The position numbers and the translations under genes were made by a program. From a virus: DNA of 46,459 nucleotides. The stretch is from positions 1 to 46,459 of the IMG/VR virus record IMGVR_UViG_3300018476_000003. The stretch is one strand, 5' to 3'. Below the pieces are notes generated by a model. The model saw only the letters and a program-made list of their open reading frames with translations, made no database searches and had not been told where the DNA came from. Shown here in pieces: positions 33,851 through 42,169 of this stretch; position 1 is the stretch's first letter; the number at the start of each line of letters is the position of its first letter.

Positions 33851-34806
33851 GCGGCCTCCTTCGGGCTGACGCCCTTGCGTTTGCGTAGTGAGATGCTGAG
33901 CCGCTCGCCGAGCATCTCGAGGGCGCGCTTGGCGCCCAACTCCACCATGGCGCTTTGCAGCTCGCGGACGTGGGCGTCGAGGTCGAGCCCGTGCTTTTTA
34001 GCGAAGGCTCGGTGTTTGTCGGTGGGCTCGAGCAGCGGGACGGCGTCGAATCTGCCGCCGCTCGCTCGCGGCTTGCTCGCCGCTGCGGCTTTCGCCCGCT
34101 CGGTCTCGTCCCAAGTGCGCCATTTGCCGAAAAAGCTGCGGACGTAGTTGTCGAGCTGGTCGGGCAACACCCCGCGCTGCCCGCCGATCGGGCCCGTGCG
34201 CAGCGACAGGATGCGAGCGTCCAGGTCCGCAATGCCCGCCATCGTCGCCTCGGCGCGCAGCGCAGCGCAGGGCTTCCACGACTCCGGGAGTTTATCCAGG
34301 GCTACCGAACGACTCATGGGGGGTAGGGGGGATTCCCTGTCTTCAGGGAATGTTTTAGTTGTGGGTTTGGGTTTGGTTTTGGGTGGGGTAACGATCGGGT
34401 CACAGGGGGTAACCGGGACCACGTCATTGGCCGCCTTGGCAGCAGCTCGGGTGTTGGCCATGTAGCGACGGGTGCGAGCGTTCTTTGCTTCGCGCTTGGC
34501 CAGGTCGCGCTGCTCCTCGAAGCCGAGCACCCGCCACCCTCCGGGCACGCGCTCGATGAGCCGCCCCTGGTTGGGGTCCTCGGGGTCGGCGTCGGCATCC
34601 TGGAGAGCGAGCACCTCGAGGGCCTCACGCGCCTCGCCGCCGGTGACGTGGGCGCCGATGGCGACCCCTGCCACATCGGTGCTCATGTAGCCCTCGGGGT
34701 CACACCGCAGCTCAAGCCAGAGCCAGACGCAGCGGGTCGCGGGCGACAGCGCCCAGAGTCGGGACGAGAGAACCTTTTGGAAGATGGGGGTGTACTGTTG
34801 TCGCAT
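33847..34806 (-). CDS. Replication-organiser-like protein (N-terminal winged-helix pattern)
   Basis: ATG 34806 follows aaggaggg. IFQKVLSSRLWALSPATRCVWLWLELRCDPEGYMS...GRLIERVPGGWRVLGF resembles the N-terminal domains of phage replication initiator/organiser proteins. Confidence 0.5.
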   Translation of the reverse strand: MRQQYTPIFQKVLSSRLWALSPATRCVWLWLELRCDPEGYMSTDVAGVAIGAHVTGGEAREALEVLALQDADADPEDPNQGRLIERVPGGWRVLGFEEQRDLAKREAKNARTRRYMANTRAAAKAANDVVPVTPCDPIVTPPKTKPKPTTKTFPEDRESPLPPMSRSVALDKLPESWKPCAALRAEATMAGIADLDARILSLRTGPIGGQRGVLPDQLDNYVRSFFGKWRTWDETERAKAAAASKPRASGGRFDAVPLLEPTDKHRAFAKKHGLDLDAHVRELQSAMVELGAKRALEMLGERLSISLRKRKGVSPKEAA

Positions 34807-34872
34807 GGTGTGGGGGCCCTCCTTGGCCCCTGATGTGGGCACCGTCCTTGGTGCCATTGTGGGTGCTTCGTT

Positions 34873-34903
34873 CGACCTACGCTTTGGGTCGAATGGGTCA
34901 AAC
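34873..34903 (+). repeat. attP arm-type repeat candidates (left)
   Basis: CGACCTACGCTTTGGGTC (34873-34890) and TGGGTCAAAC (34894-34903). Compare 35070-35091. Confidence 0.5.
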
Positions 34904-34975
34904 TGGCCGTCATCTACGGTGGTCAGCCGTGTGCAGTTACGAGCACTTAGGAGTGCGTGAGGGGGTTACTATCCC

Positions 34976-35020
34976 TTCGCAATGCATAGGCCGTGAGTTC
35001 GATCCTCACCGGCTCCACCA
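34976..35020 (+). other. attP core candidate: 3' portion (anticodon loop to CCA) of a tRNA-Ala(CGC)-like gene
   Basis: ttcgcaa (7-nt loop, anticodon CGC), tgcat, aggcc (5-nt variable loop), gtgag-ttcgatc-ctcac (T arm), cggctcc (acceptor 3' strand with T at position 70), a, cca. The upstream sequence does not form the 5' half. Confidence 0.6.
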
Positions 35021-35069
35021 AAGGAATCAGATAGTTAGAGTGGGGATGGGTCATGATGAGTAGCTCTTA

Positions 35070-35091
35070 CGACCTACGTTCTGGGTCAAAC
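35070..35091 (+). repeat. attP arm-type repeat candidate (right)
   Basis: CGACCTACGTTCTGGGTCAAAC. 16 of 18 positions match 34873-34890 and the GGGTCAAAC tail is shared. It overlaps the int stop codon. Confidence 0.5.
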
Positions 35092-36513
35092 GCCAGAAAA
35101 CGGGCTTCCCGGTCCACGCTGGGCAGCGTTGAGCAGCTGCCGCATCTGGTCGAGCAGGGCGGCAGCGTCCAGCGGCGGCGCGACAAACCCGGACACCCCC
35201 TGTCCGGGTTTAGACGCAGCGCTTGCGTCAAAACTAGTGGCCGCATCAGCCACCGGTTTCGCCGGTCGCGGCAAGGCGGCGTCGGGGGCCTGCACCAGGC
35301 GCGCCGTGTCGTAGCGGCTGGAGGTCGCCAGCTGCGTGTGCCCGGCCAGCGCCAGCACGTCGGCGGTGGGCACGCCGGCACCCTTGAGCGCCGTCACGAA
35401 GGCTCGGCGCAGGGAGTGGAAGTCCAGGGCCCGGGACTCGTCGGTGTCCGTCTGGAACGCGCAGTAGCGCTTGTCCGGGTTGGCAGGGTCCCAGCCCGGC
35501 AGCGGGCGCACGATGCCTGCCCCCCAAAAGGCACGCCGCAGCGCCTTGGTGAAGCTGGTGCCATTGCGGGCCTTGGCTGCCCCCACCTTGGTCGCCTTGC
35601 GCTGGTAGGTGCTCCCGTCCTTCCGGGTCACCGTGCCGCCCTTGGTGGTGCGCTCCACGGGGAAGACGGGGCCACTCTTGGGGCTGCCCTGCTTCTGCCA
35701 CCAGGCCTTGAAGTGGATCCACGCGCTCGGCGGCACGCCGTGCTCGACCATCTCGTACGACTTGACCCGGCGGGTGGTGACGAGCTTGCCCTCGGTATCC
35801 GTCTTGGGACGACGGACCTTCATGCGTCCCGTCTCCCAGTCGGTGACGTGCTCCCAGCGAGCCTCGAGCAAGTCGCTCGTGCGGTGCCCGGCCATGTCCC
35901 GGCAGAGCAGGCAGGCGATGTCGAGCTGCGTCTCGAAGCCCCTCTTCTCTCGGAAGCGCAGAAGCTCGGCGTCGCTCGGCACCTGGCGCAGCCGCCCGTC
36001 TTCTACGGCGTTGCTCGGCATGGCGAGGCTGCGGGCGGGGTTGTCCTCCCGGACGTTGCCGCGCACCAGCTTGGCCATCACCTGGCTCATGTCCGTGCGC
36101 ACGTAGGCGATGGTGCCCTTGAGCAGGCCGAGCGCCGGCATCCGATCCAAGACCGACGAGCAGTGCCCGGCATTGACCGCCCACGCTTCGATATGCCCGA
36201 TGATGGGGAACACGTACGTGCGCAGGCGCGTGCGCCGGTCGTGCGCCTTCTTCACCTCGGGGCGCGTCTTGGTCGGCATCGCGTCCACGATGCGCTCGGC
36301 CGCCTCTTTGAAAGTCTCGGTGCGGGCCTCCTTGGGTGGTTCGCCGGTGGCCAGCCAGCGCTCGTAACGCTGGCTGGCCACGTGTTTATCGTCCGTGCCG
36401 AGCGATAGCCAGCGCCCGCGCGCGCAGCCCTCGGGGTAGCCGCGCACGCGGCCCACCCAGGTCTTCATCGACTGGCGCCACCGCGGCGCTTCTCCCGTCA
36501 CTTTTCTCGGCAT
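35086..36513 (-). CDS. int: Tyrosine recombinase / phage integrase
   Basis: AGHRTSDL (Arg), HSLRRAF (H-x-x-R), LAGH and SSRY (Tyr) occur in the canonical order. Adjacent to the tRNA fragment. Confidence 0.9.
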   Translation of the reverse strand: MPRKVTGEAPRWRQSMKTWVGRVRGYPEGCARGRWLSLGTDDKHVASQRYERWLATGEPPKEARTETFKEAAERIVDAMPTKTRPEVKKAHDRRTRLRTYVFPIIGHIEAWAVNAGHCSSVLDRMPALGLLKGTIAYVRTDMSQVMAKLVRGNVREDNPARSLAMPSNAVEDGRLRQVPSDAELLRFREKRGFETQLDIACLLCRDMAGHRTSDLLEARWEHVTDWETGRMKVRRPKTDTEGKLVTTRRVKSYEMVEHGVPPSAWIHFKAWWQKQGSPKSGPVFPVERTTKGGTVTRKDGSTYQRKATKVGAAKARNGTSFTKALRRAFWGAGIVRPLPGWDPANPDKRYCAFQTDTDESRALDFHSLRRAFVTALKGAGVPTADVLALAGHTQLATSSRYDTARLVQAPDAALPRPAKPVADAATSFDASAASKPGQGVSGFVAPPLDAAALLDQMRQLLNAAQRGPGSPFSGV

Positions 36514-36543
36514 TGGTTTCTCTCTCTCTGACGAGCGGCTGGC

Positions 36544-36795
36544 TCAAGCTTGGTGCTTGCGCTCCCTCAACCACTCGATGCACTTTTCGGGCTCGAACCG
36601 CACGACCTGAGGCCCCAAGCTCACGGTCGGCATGCCCTCGCGCCGGAGGCGGTCGACGCTCGACGGGCTGCACCCAAAGGCGCGCGCCAGGTTCTGCCGG
36701 TCCACGAGTGACGGGCCCCCGATGCCCTTGTCCATGGCCTCGCACACGGCCCGGGTGAGCAGCGTCACGAGCTGACCACGGGTGAGGGTGACCAT
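36544..36795 (-). CDS. Excisionase-like HTH protein
   Basis: 3' part of ORF 36544..37020: LVDRQNLARAFGCSPSSVDRLRREGMPTVSLGPQVVRFEPEKCIEWLRERK. Immediately upstream of int. The ATG at 36795 is tentative. Confidence 0.5.
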   Translation of the reverse strand: MVTLTRGQLVTLLTRAVCEAMDKGIGGPSLVDRQNLARAFGCSPSSVDRLRREGMPTVSLGPQVVRFEPEKCIEWLRERKHQA

Positions 36796-37030
36796 CGGCT
36801 CATCGTTGTCGTTGGCGGGCGTGTGATTGCTCACGCTCCGCCCGTCCCATCTGCGTACGTATACATTGGGTAGCCCATCCTTTGGCTGTGGACCACGGGA
36901 GGTCACGAAGGACTCACCCGGGGTCGAAGGGGACTCAGTGTGACGATTTGAAACAGTCGTGTCACTACTGAAGCAACATGCCCCTTGCTTTTCTCGTAGA
37001 TGTAGGTATGGGGCGGACAAGGGAGGTGGT

Positions 37031-37043
37031 TTGGTCTGACCAA
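37031..37043. promoter_or_regulatory. 13-bp perfect palindrome TTGGTCTGACCAA (operator candidate)
   Basis: Read directly. Lies 41 nt upstream of ATG 37084 in the xis/int to lexA-like divergent region. Confidence 0.4.
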
Positions 37044-37083
37044 CACTATTGTCGCAACCCCACCGCCGCGCTAGGGTTTTGCG

Positions 37084-37350
37084 ATGCCAGCCCCCAAGTT
37101 AGCGAACCTCGAGCTGACCACCCGCGAGCGAGCGGCGCTCGCCTTCTACCGGAGCCATGTCGACGAGCATGGGCGCCCACCGACCCAGCGCGCGCTCGCC
37201 GAGCACCTCGGCGTCTACCTGAGCGCGGCGCAGTACATCCTGCGGCGCCTGGTCGACAAGCGCTACCTCTCGCGCGTGTCGCGCCCCGTCACCGAGTACC
37301 GGTTGCGCTTGAGCCCCAAGGGGCGCAAGGCTCCGCCCCCCACGGGGTGA
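37084..37350 (+). CDS. LexA-N-terminal-domain-like winged-helix DNA-binding protein (repressor candidate)
   Basis: LTTRERAALAFYRSHVDEHGRPPTQRALAEHLGVYLSAAQYILRRLVDKRYLSRV matches the LexA_DNA_bind layout. There is no peptidase S24 domain. Confidence 0.6.
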   Translation: MPAPKLANLELTTRERAALAFYRSHVDEHGRPPTQRALAEHLGVYLSAAQYILRRLVDKRYLSRVSRPVTEYRLRLSPKGRKAPPPTG

Positions 37351-37361
37351 TGCTCCGTGCT

Positions 37362-37383
37362 TGACACGAACGGAGGTGTGTCA
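37362..37383. promoter_or_regulatory. Inverted repeat TGACAC-N10-GTGTCA overlapping a TTGACA hexamer
   Basis: Read directly, just after the stop of 37084..37350. Could be an operator or a stem-loop. Confidence 0.3.
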
Positions 37384-37459
37384 GAAAGGTACGCTTCCGG
37401 GGACGCTGGGGTTGCCGGGGTGGTGGGCAACGACGGGGGGACGAGAGGGAGCGGGAGCA

Positions 37460-37687
37460 ATGGATGCAGCACCAACGGCGGCAACGTGGTTGCCCAGTCG
37501 CGCGGACTTTGCCGCGCTCGAGCTTTCCGACGAAGATGAGCGCGACGTGAACGAGACGATGGCGCTCATCGTGGTCAGCGTGCGGGTGGGCAGCATCAGC
37601 CCGCACTTTGCCAACTGGCTCGTCAGCAAGCTGGCCGAAGAAAAAGCCGAGGCCTGCGCCCGGCGTATCGAGAGAGAGAGAGCATGA
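37460..37687 (+). CDS. Hypothetical protein
   Basis: ATG 37460 follows gggagcgggagca. It is the 3' part of ORF 37361..37687. Confidence 0.45.
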   Translation: MDAAPTAATWLPSRADFAALELSDEDERDVNETMALIVVSVRVGSISPHFANWLVSKLAEEKAEACARRIERERA

Positions 37688-38409
37688 AGAAAAAACAGAA
37701 GCGCCGCAGACACGACCCGCAAACCAAAGCCGCCGCCGTGGCGCGCGCCCAAGTCGTGGGCCTCACCCAGGCGGGTCGCGAGATCGGCTGCGCCGCGTCG
37801 GTGGTCGGACGCTGGGCGAAGAAGGCCGGCGTGACCGTGCCGCAGTTTCACTTCGCCCCGGGGCGAGGCCTGCGCCGCGTCGAGGAGCCCGAGGCCCCGG
37901 GGCTCGGCGCAGGCAACCCCGAGCCGCGACCGGTGACGGTCACGCCGCCCGCGAACAAATACCACCAATACGCCGCCGACACACCGGAGCACCGCGCCAT
38001 CGCGCTGCGCATCGTGCGCGGCGAGGCGCGCCAGGTCGTCGCCAATGAGATCGGGGTCAGCTCCACTCGCATCTCGCAAATCGCGCTCGCGCTCGGCCCT
38101 CGCGTGGCCGCCGAGCACGGCATCGACTGGACCCCCAAGTCCTATCCCCAGCGACGCCCCAAGGGCACCGGGAGCGGCACGCTCGTCAGCAGCGCCGGGC
38201 GCCCGCCCGAGCAGCTGGCCATGTACTCGCCGCCCACCACCCCGCTGCCGCGCGTGACGGCGCAGCCCGTGCGCGACGAGGCCGAGCAGGCCCGCGCCCA
38301 GGCGCAGAGCGAAATGCTCGAGACCGCGCTGCGCCAAGCGTTGCGCGAACGCGACGCCTTCAAGCTCGTCCACGAAGTCCTCATGAGAGAGAAAGACCCC
38401 AGCCGATGA
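37684..38409 (+). CDS. HTH DNA-binding protein (two HTH-like segments)
   Basis: ATGA overlap upstream. GLTQAGREIGCAASVVGRWAKKAG and ARQVVANEIGVSSTRISQIA. Confidence 0.55.
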   Translation: MKKKQKRRRHDPQTKAAAVARAQVVGLTQAGREIGCAASVVGRWAKKAGVTVPQFHFAPGRGLRRVEEPEAPGLGAGNPEPRPVTVTPPANKYHQYAADTPEHRAIALRIVRGEARQVVANEIGVSSTRISQIALALGPRVAAEHGIDWTPKSYPQRRPKGTGSGTLVSSAGRPPEQLAMYSPPTTPLPRVTAQPVRDEAEQARAQAQSEMLETALRQALRERDAFKLVHEVLMREKDPSR

Positions 38410-39656
38410 TGCCCGCCAAGCTGCCTCCCACGCCATACCCGTTTCAGGCCCGCGCTATCCCTCAGGTGCTCAAGAAGTTTGACGACGGAGTGAAGGCGCT
38501 CGTGCTCGTGAGCCCGACCGGCTCCGGTAAGACCGTGATGGCCGCACACGTCATGATGGCGCTCAACAGAGCAAACGAGCACCGTTTCGAGAAAGTGAAC
38601 TGCATCAGTCACCGCCTCAGCATCAACGAGCAGAACGAGCAATTGCTCTGCCCGACGTTTACGCCGCAGGAGTTCTACGACGGCAAGCCGGAGAAGTTTG
38701 GCACACCGGATCTGGTCATTTGGGAGGAGTGCCACCACTCGGAGGCGCCTACATTCAAGGCCGCGCGCAAGCGCTTCCCGAACGCGCTGATGCTCGGACT
38801 GACAGCGACTCCACAACGGTCCGACGGGCTCGCGCTCGACCTCTTCGAGGATATGGTGGTGGCTGCGCACAATTCCGAATTGCTGCTCAACAAGACCATC
38901 GCACCGTGTCAGGTGGACGTGCCTGAAAGCTTCTACGAAGACCAGACGCCAGACCTGGCGTTGGCCTATCTCGACTATCGAGAGGCGCACAATCGCGCGC
39001 TCATCTTCTGCCCGAGCATCGAAGAGGCGGAGAGCGTGGCCAAGCGCCTGAAGAAAGTCCAACCGTACCATTGCCAGCGAGGGCGCAAGACCAATGCAGC
39101 CGCGCTCACTGCCTTCAAAAACGGCACGTTGGATGCGCTCACTACGGTAGACGCGCTCGGCGAAGGAATTGACGTGCCACAAGCGGACTTGCTCGTGCTC
39201 GGCCGCCGTTGTGAAAACATCAGCACGTGGCTCCAATACTGCGGGCGCATCTTGCGGCGCTTCGAGGGCAAGAGAAAGTCGCGCGTGCTCGATTGCGTGG
39301 GCGCCAGCCTGCGTCATGGCTCCCCCACCGAGGACTTGGTCTACAGCATCACGGGCACCGGCATTCAACGGCGCGGCGGTCAGGGCCAGTCGTTCGAACG
39401 CGAGTACACGGGACGCGGAGAGCTGAAGCCCTACCGGGCGAAGTTCCGCACGCTCTTTGGGTGGCAGGACGCCACGCCCGAAGACAAGCGCCGACAGCTC
39501 GGGTGGCTACGCCAGCATGCGGCGACCCGTGGCTACACCGAAGACGTAGCGCTGGCGTGCTTCGAAGCGCTCTTCGGCGAAGCGCCGGCGGCTCAGAGCA
39601 GCGCACGCCGGCTGGCTCCGCCGAGCAGTCGCGTCACCAATGGGAAAGCGTCGTGA
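38406..39656 (+). CDS. SF2 DEAD/DEAH-type helicase
   Basis: SPTGSGKT (Walker A), VIWEECHH (DExH), LGLTATPQR, GEGIDVP, QYCGRILR. Confidence 0.85.
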   Translation: MMPAKLPPTPYPFQARAIPQVLKKFDDGVKALVLVSPTGSGKTVMAAHVMMALNRANEHRFEKVNCISHRLSINEQNEQLLCPTFTPQEFYDGKPEKFGTPDLVIWEECHHSEAPTFKAARKRFPNALMLGLTATPQRSDGLALDLFEDMVVAAHNSELLLNKTIAPCQVDVPESFYEDQTPDLALAYLDYREAHNRALIFCPSIEEAESVAKRLKKVQPYHCQRGRKTNAAALTAFKNGTLDALTTVDALGEGIDVPQADLLVLGRRCENISTWLQYCGRILRRFEGKRKSRVLDCVGASLRHGSPTEDLVYSITGTGIQRRGGQGQSFEREYTGRGELKPYRAKFRTLFGWQDATPEDKRRQLGWLRQHAATRGYTEDVALACFEALFGEAPAAQSSARRLAPPSSRVTNGKAS

Positions 39657-39865
39657 AGTTCCGAATCCAAATCATGGAGGTGGACCACGGCGCCACGCTC
39701 GACAGCCCCGAGGGATGCGACGGGTACCCGCACACCATCGAGCCCTGCTACGTCGCGGACCGGGGCTGCTTCGTGCTCTTTGTCGCTTGGCGGGTGACTC
39801 CGCCTCCCGTCCCGGACGCTCCCCCGCGGGCGCCCAAGGTACGGAAGGCGAAGCTCACCAAGTGA
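39653..39865 (+). CDS. Hypothetical 70-aa protein
   Basis: GTG 39653 forms a GTGA overlap with the helicase stop. It is the 3' part of ORF 39227..39865. Confidence 0.4.
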   Translation: MKFRIQIMEVDHGATLDSPEGCDGYPHTIEPCYVADRGCFVLFVAWRVTPPPVPDAPPRAPKVRKAKLTK

Positions 39866-39869
39866 GGGC

Positions 39870-40124
39870 TCACTCCCCCCGCACGGCCCACTGACCCGAG
39901 CTGACCATTTTGGGCACATCGCACAAGAGGCCCTTGGTCTCGAGCAGGCGCAGCGCCTCGAGGGCGGTCTGTCTGCTGACCCCGAGCCGGGTCCCCACCT
40001 CGACCGCATTGGGGGCTCGGCCTAGCTCCCGGGTCAGGACCCGCACCGCCTCGATATAATCGCTCTGGCGGGCCGTAGCGGGGCGCGGCGGGGCATACGG
40101 GGAGCGAGCGCGCTTAGCGGCCAT
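39870..40124 (-). CDS. Winged-helix DNA-binding protein (LexA-DBD/MarR-like), last gene of the early operon
   Basis: YIEAVRVLTRELGRAPNAVEVGTRLGVSRQTALEALRLLETKGLL. Confidence 0.6.
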   Translation of the reverse strand: MAAKRARSPYAPPRPATARQSDYIEAVRVLTRELGRAPNAVEVGTRLGVSRQTALEALRLLETKGLLCDVPKMVSSGQWAVRGE

Positions 40125-40344
40125 GGTTTGCCCCCTGGAGCCAGTCGTGCAGGCTCTCTAGCTCGTACGCCGTGACAGCGTCCAGAGGGTGGGCGGCATG
40201 CTCGGCCGAGTTGTCGGCGCTCTCGAGGCAGTAGGCGAGCAGGGCTCCACCGGTGAGGTCGCGCAGCTCGTCTAGCTCGCCAGCGGCCGCCGTCCAGTCG
40301 TACGCGGCGTGCAGGTGTTTCGGCAAGTGCGGGTCAGCAGCCAT
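40114..40344 (-). CDS. Hypothetical acidic protein
   Basis: ORF in track; overlaps both neighbours. Confidence 0.5.
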   Translation of the reverse strand: MAADPHLPKHLHAAYDWTAAAGELDELRDLTGGALLAYCLESADNSAEHAAHPLDAVTAYELESLHDWLQGANHGR

Positions 40345-40537
40345 CGGGGTCGACCTTTCGGGTGGTGCGCTTGGGCAGCTGCGTGCGGGTGACGCAGCGG
40401 CGCTCTTTGGACTCGGCCACGGCTTGGCGGTAGCTGGCCTTTAGGGCAGCGTCGGCCGTGTCGAGCGCGAGATACACGCGCGGCAAGCCGATGAGCCAGA
40501 GGATACCGAGCAGAATGAGGGTGAATAGGGCTTTCAT
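40334..40537 (-). CDS. Small membrane protein (one TM segment)
   Basis: ATG 40537 forms an ATGA overlap. Sequence MKALFTLILLGILWLIGLPRVYLAL. Confidence 0.5.
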   Translation of the reverse strand: MKALFTLILLGILWLIGLPRVYLALDTADAALKASYRQAVAESKERRCVTRTQLPKRTTRKVDPDGC

Positions 40538-41070
40538 GCCGGCACCGCTTCCGGCTCGAGCCGATCGCACAGGGCCGCCAGTTCTGCCACTACCTCAGCC
40601 GGAACGCGCTTGACCAGCCAGCGGCTACCGAATTTGTAGCCACGGTCCACCAGCAGATCGGCGGCTCCCAGTGCAGTGCACGCGGAGAGATACCAGTCGC
40701 CACGGTCGAGCGGTTCGGCCGCGTCCAAGATTGCTTTCTGCGCGGCCGTGCCGGCCTGCATATCGTTCAAATGCCACTGGCGCCAGAGTACGCACAGCCG
40801 CTGTAGGTCCGTGCGGGTCTGCCCTCCGCATGATGCGGCGTAGCGCTCTAGCAGGTCGTGGCACTGGCCGAAGGAGTCTTCGCGCCACTTGTGGCGCTGG
40901 GTCGGCCGCTCCCAACTGCCCACCGATACCGATAGGCGGTTATAGGGCTCGTCGATAGGTTGCAGGTCAGTGTCCATGGAGCCGGGTTGCGCCTCTTGGC
41001 GCGTAATCTCCACATAGACTTCAATGCGCCTGGTCAGTGACTGGAAGCGTAGCGTGCGCTTGATGCTCAT
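40534..41070 (-). CDS. Hypothetical protein (WHLNDMQAGT motif)
   Basis: ATG 41070 is abutted by a (GA)9-type tract. 3' part of ORF 40534..41109. Confidence 0.6.
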   Translation of the reverse strand: MSIKRTLRFQSLTRRIEVYVEITRQEAQPGSMDTDLQPIDEPYNRLSVSVGSWERPTQRHKWREDSFGQCHDLLERYAASCGGQTRTDLQRLCVLWRQWHLNDMQAGTAAQKAILDAAEPLDRGDWYLSACTALGAADLLVDRGYKFGSRWLVKRVPAEVVAELAALCDRLEPEAVPA

Positions 41071-41147
41071 TCTCTCTCTCTCTCTCTCTTTTCCGGGCTG
41101 AATGCCCACGCGGAGCCGTCACCCGTGTGACGGCGCCGGATGGGAGG
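41071..41147 (-). promoter_or_regulatory. Intercistronic spacer 1: GC hairpin + GCATTCAGCCCGG box + (GA)n leader
   Basis: Hairpin at 41115-41134 (gCCGTCAC-ccgt-GTGACGGc). A 19-nt (TC)n tract at 41071-41089 on the plus strand abuts the ATG. Confidence 0.6.
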
Positions 41148-41345
41148 TCAGCCAATGCGGCGCAAGTAGGCTTGCGCTAGTTCGTGCTGCCCTTGGTGGA
41201 TACGCAGGCGCGCGCACAGGCGCCGCATTTCCACCCGGGCCTCCCGTAGCCAGTCGCGGCTCACCTTGGTGCGACCCGCTTTGCCGGCGGCAATCTCTCG
41301 ACGCAGGCACAGAATCTCGCCCTTCAAGCGCTCAATCTCAGTCAC
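41148..41345 (-). CDS. Hypothetical 65-aa coiled-coil protein
   Basis: GTG 41345 forms a GTGA overlap with the stop of the TM micro-gene. Sequence VTEIERLKGEILCLRREIAAGK.... Confidence 0.45.
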   Translation of the reverse strand: MTEIERLKGEILCLRREIAAGKAGRTKVSRDWLREARVEMRRLCARLRIHQGQHELAQAYLRRIG

Positions 41346-41494
41346 AGGCACCCCACGAAATGCAAGAGCCACCAGCAGACGAGCAGGCCGATAGCGGCCG
41401 GCAGTAGCTCGAGCAGAGCGCCTAGAACCATCATGGCCAGGCAGAGCGCGGCGAAGCCGAGCACGCACAGAACGAGCAGGGCGAGCAGGCTCAT
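41342..41494 (-). CDS. 50-aa two-TM membrane protein (not in ORF track)
   Basis: MSLLALLVLCVLGFAALCLAMMVLGALLELLPAAIGLLVCWWLLHFVGCL. ATGA overlap upstream and GTGA overlap downstream. Confidence 0.45.
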   Translation of the reverse strand: MSLLALLVLCVLGFAALCLAMMVLGALLELLPAAIGLLVCWWLLHFVGCL

Positions 41495-41766
41495 TGGGGC
41501 ACCCGCTTTCCGGCGTGCACCGGTCGCGGCTCACCAGAAGAGCCAGCCTCCCAAACAGGGGCCACGCCAAAGTGAGCGCACATATGCAGCTGTAGCGGGG
41601 TCCAGTTGTCCGGGTAAATGTCCCAGGCGCTCTCACGTTGCGCGCGAGCGATGGTCAGCAATTGCTCCGCGGAGTATTGCTGACCGATGGTCTCGCTGCA
41701 TGCGTTGAATAGCTGCACCGCGTAGCGGAGCAGCTCAATGCCGGTCAATTCTGGTTTCTGGCTCAT
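41491..41766 (-). CDS. Hypothetical protein
   Basis: ORF in track; the ATG is preceded by agaaagagagagagaagc. Confidence 0.6.
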   Translation of the reverse strand: MSQKPELTGIELLRYAVQLFNACSETIGQQYSAEQLLTIARAQRESAWDIYPDNWTPLQLHMCAHFGVAPVWEAGSSGEPRPVHAGKRVPQ

Positions 41767-41842
41767 GCTTCTCTCTCTCTTTCTGCCGAGCTGAATGCTC
41801 GCCGGGCTCTAGTAGCAGGGCTGCTAGAGCCAAGCGGACGGG
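41767..41842 (-). promoter_or_regulatory. Intercistronic spacer 2: hairpin + GCATTCAGCTCGG box + (GA)n
   Basis: Inverted repeat GGCTCTAG...CTAGAGCC at 41805-41831. (TC)n at 41769-41781. Confidence 0.6.
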
Positions 41843-42097
41843 TCAGCCTGCGTCGTCTTCCGGGCATGGCCCGTCTTGCGGCGTTATCTCGACATAGTCC
41901 GCGCATGCGGCGTGGAACTGATAGCGACCCGTCCGGCGCAGCGCTTCCCTTGCTCGACGCAAGACGGCTGGTGGCAGGTCAAAAAAGGGTGACAAGGCCG
42001 CATCGATCGCCTCTTCTTTCGTTTCGGCAAAGCCGGGCCCGCCGTCATACAAGCAACCGACCGTGCCAGAACCGTAGCTCCAATGCGTTGCAGTCAT
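41843..42097 (-). CDS. Hypothetical protein
   Basis: ORF in track; the ATG is abutted by gaaggaagagagaga. Confidence 0.6.
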   Translation of the reverse strand: MTATHWSYGSGTVGCLYDGGPGFAETKEEAIDAALSPFFDLPPAVLRRAREALRRTGRYQFHAACADYVEITPQDGPCPEDDAG

Positions 42098-42169
42098 TCT
42101 CTCTCTTCCTTCTCGGCTGATGTGGCCGCACGGGCCTGTTGCACGGATGCAACTGGCCCGAACGGGACA
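42098..42169 (-). promoter_or_regulatory. Intercistronic spacer 3: hairpin + CATCAGCCGAG box + (GA)n
   Basis: Hairpin at 42131-42160: CGGGCCtGTTGCA-cgga-TGCAACtGGCCCG. Confidence 0.6.

Noticed and set aside
34945-35020. An intact tRNA gene.
   Set aside because: Only the part from the anticodon loop to CCA has canonical lengths and pairing. Neither the 5' acceptor strand, the D arm nor the 5' anticodon stem can be formed from the upstream sequence. It was therefore called as a tRNA 3' fragment and attP core.
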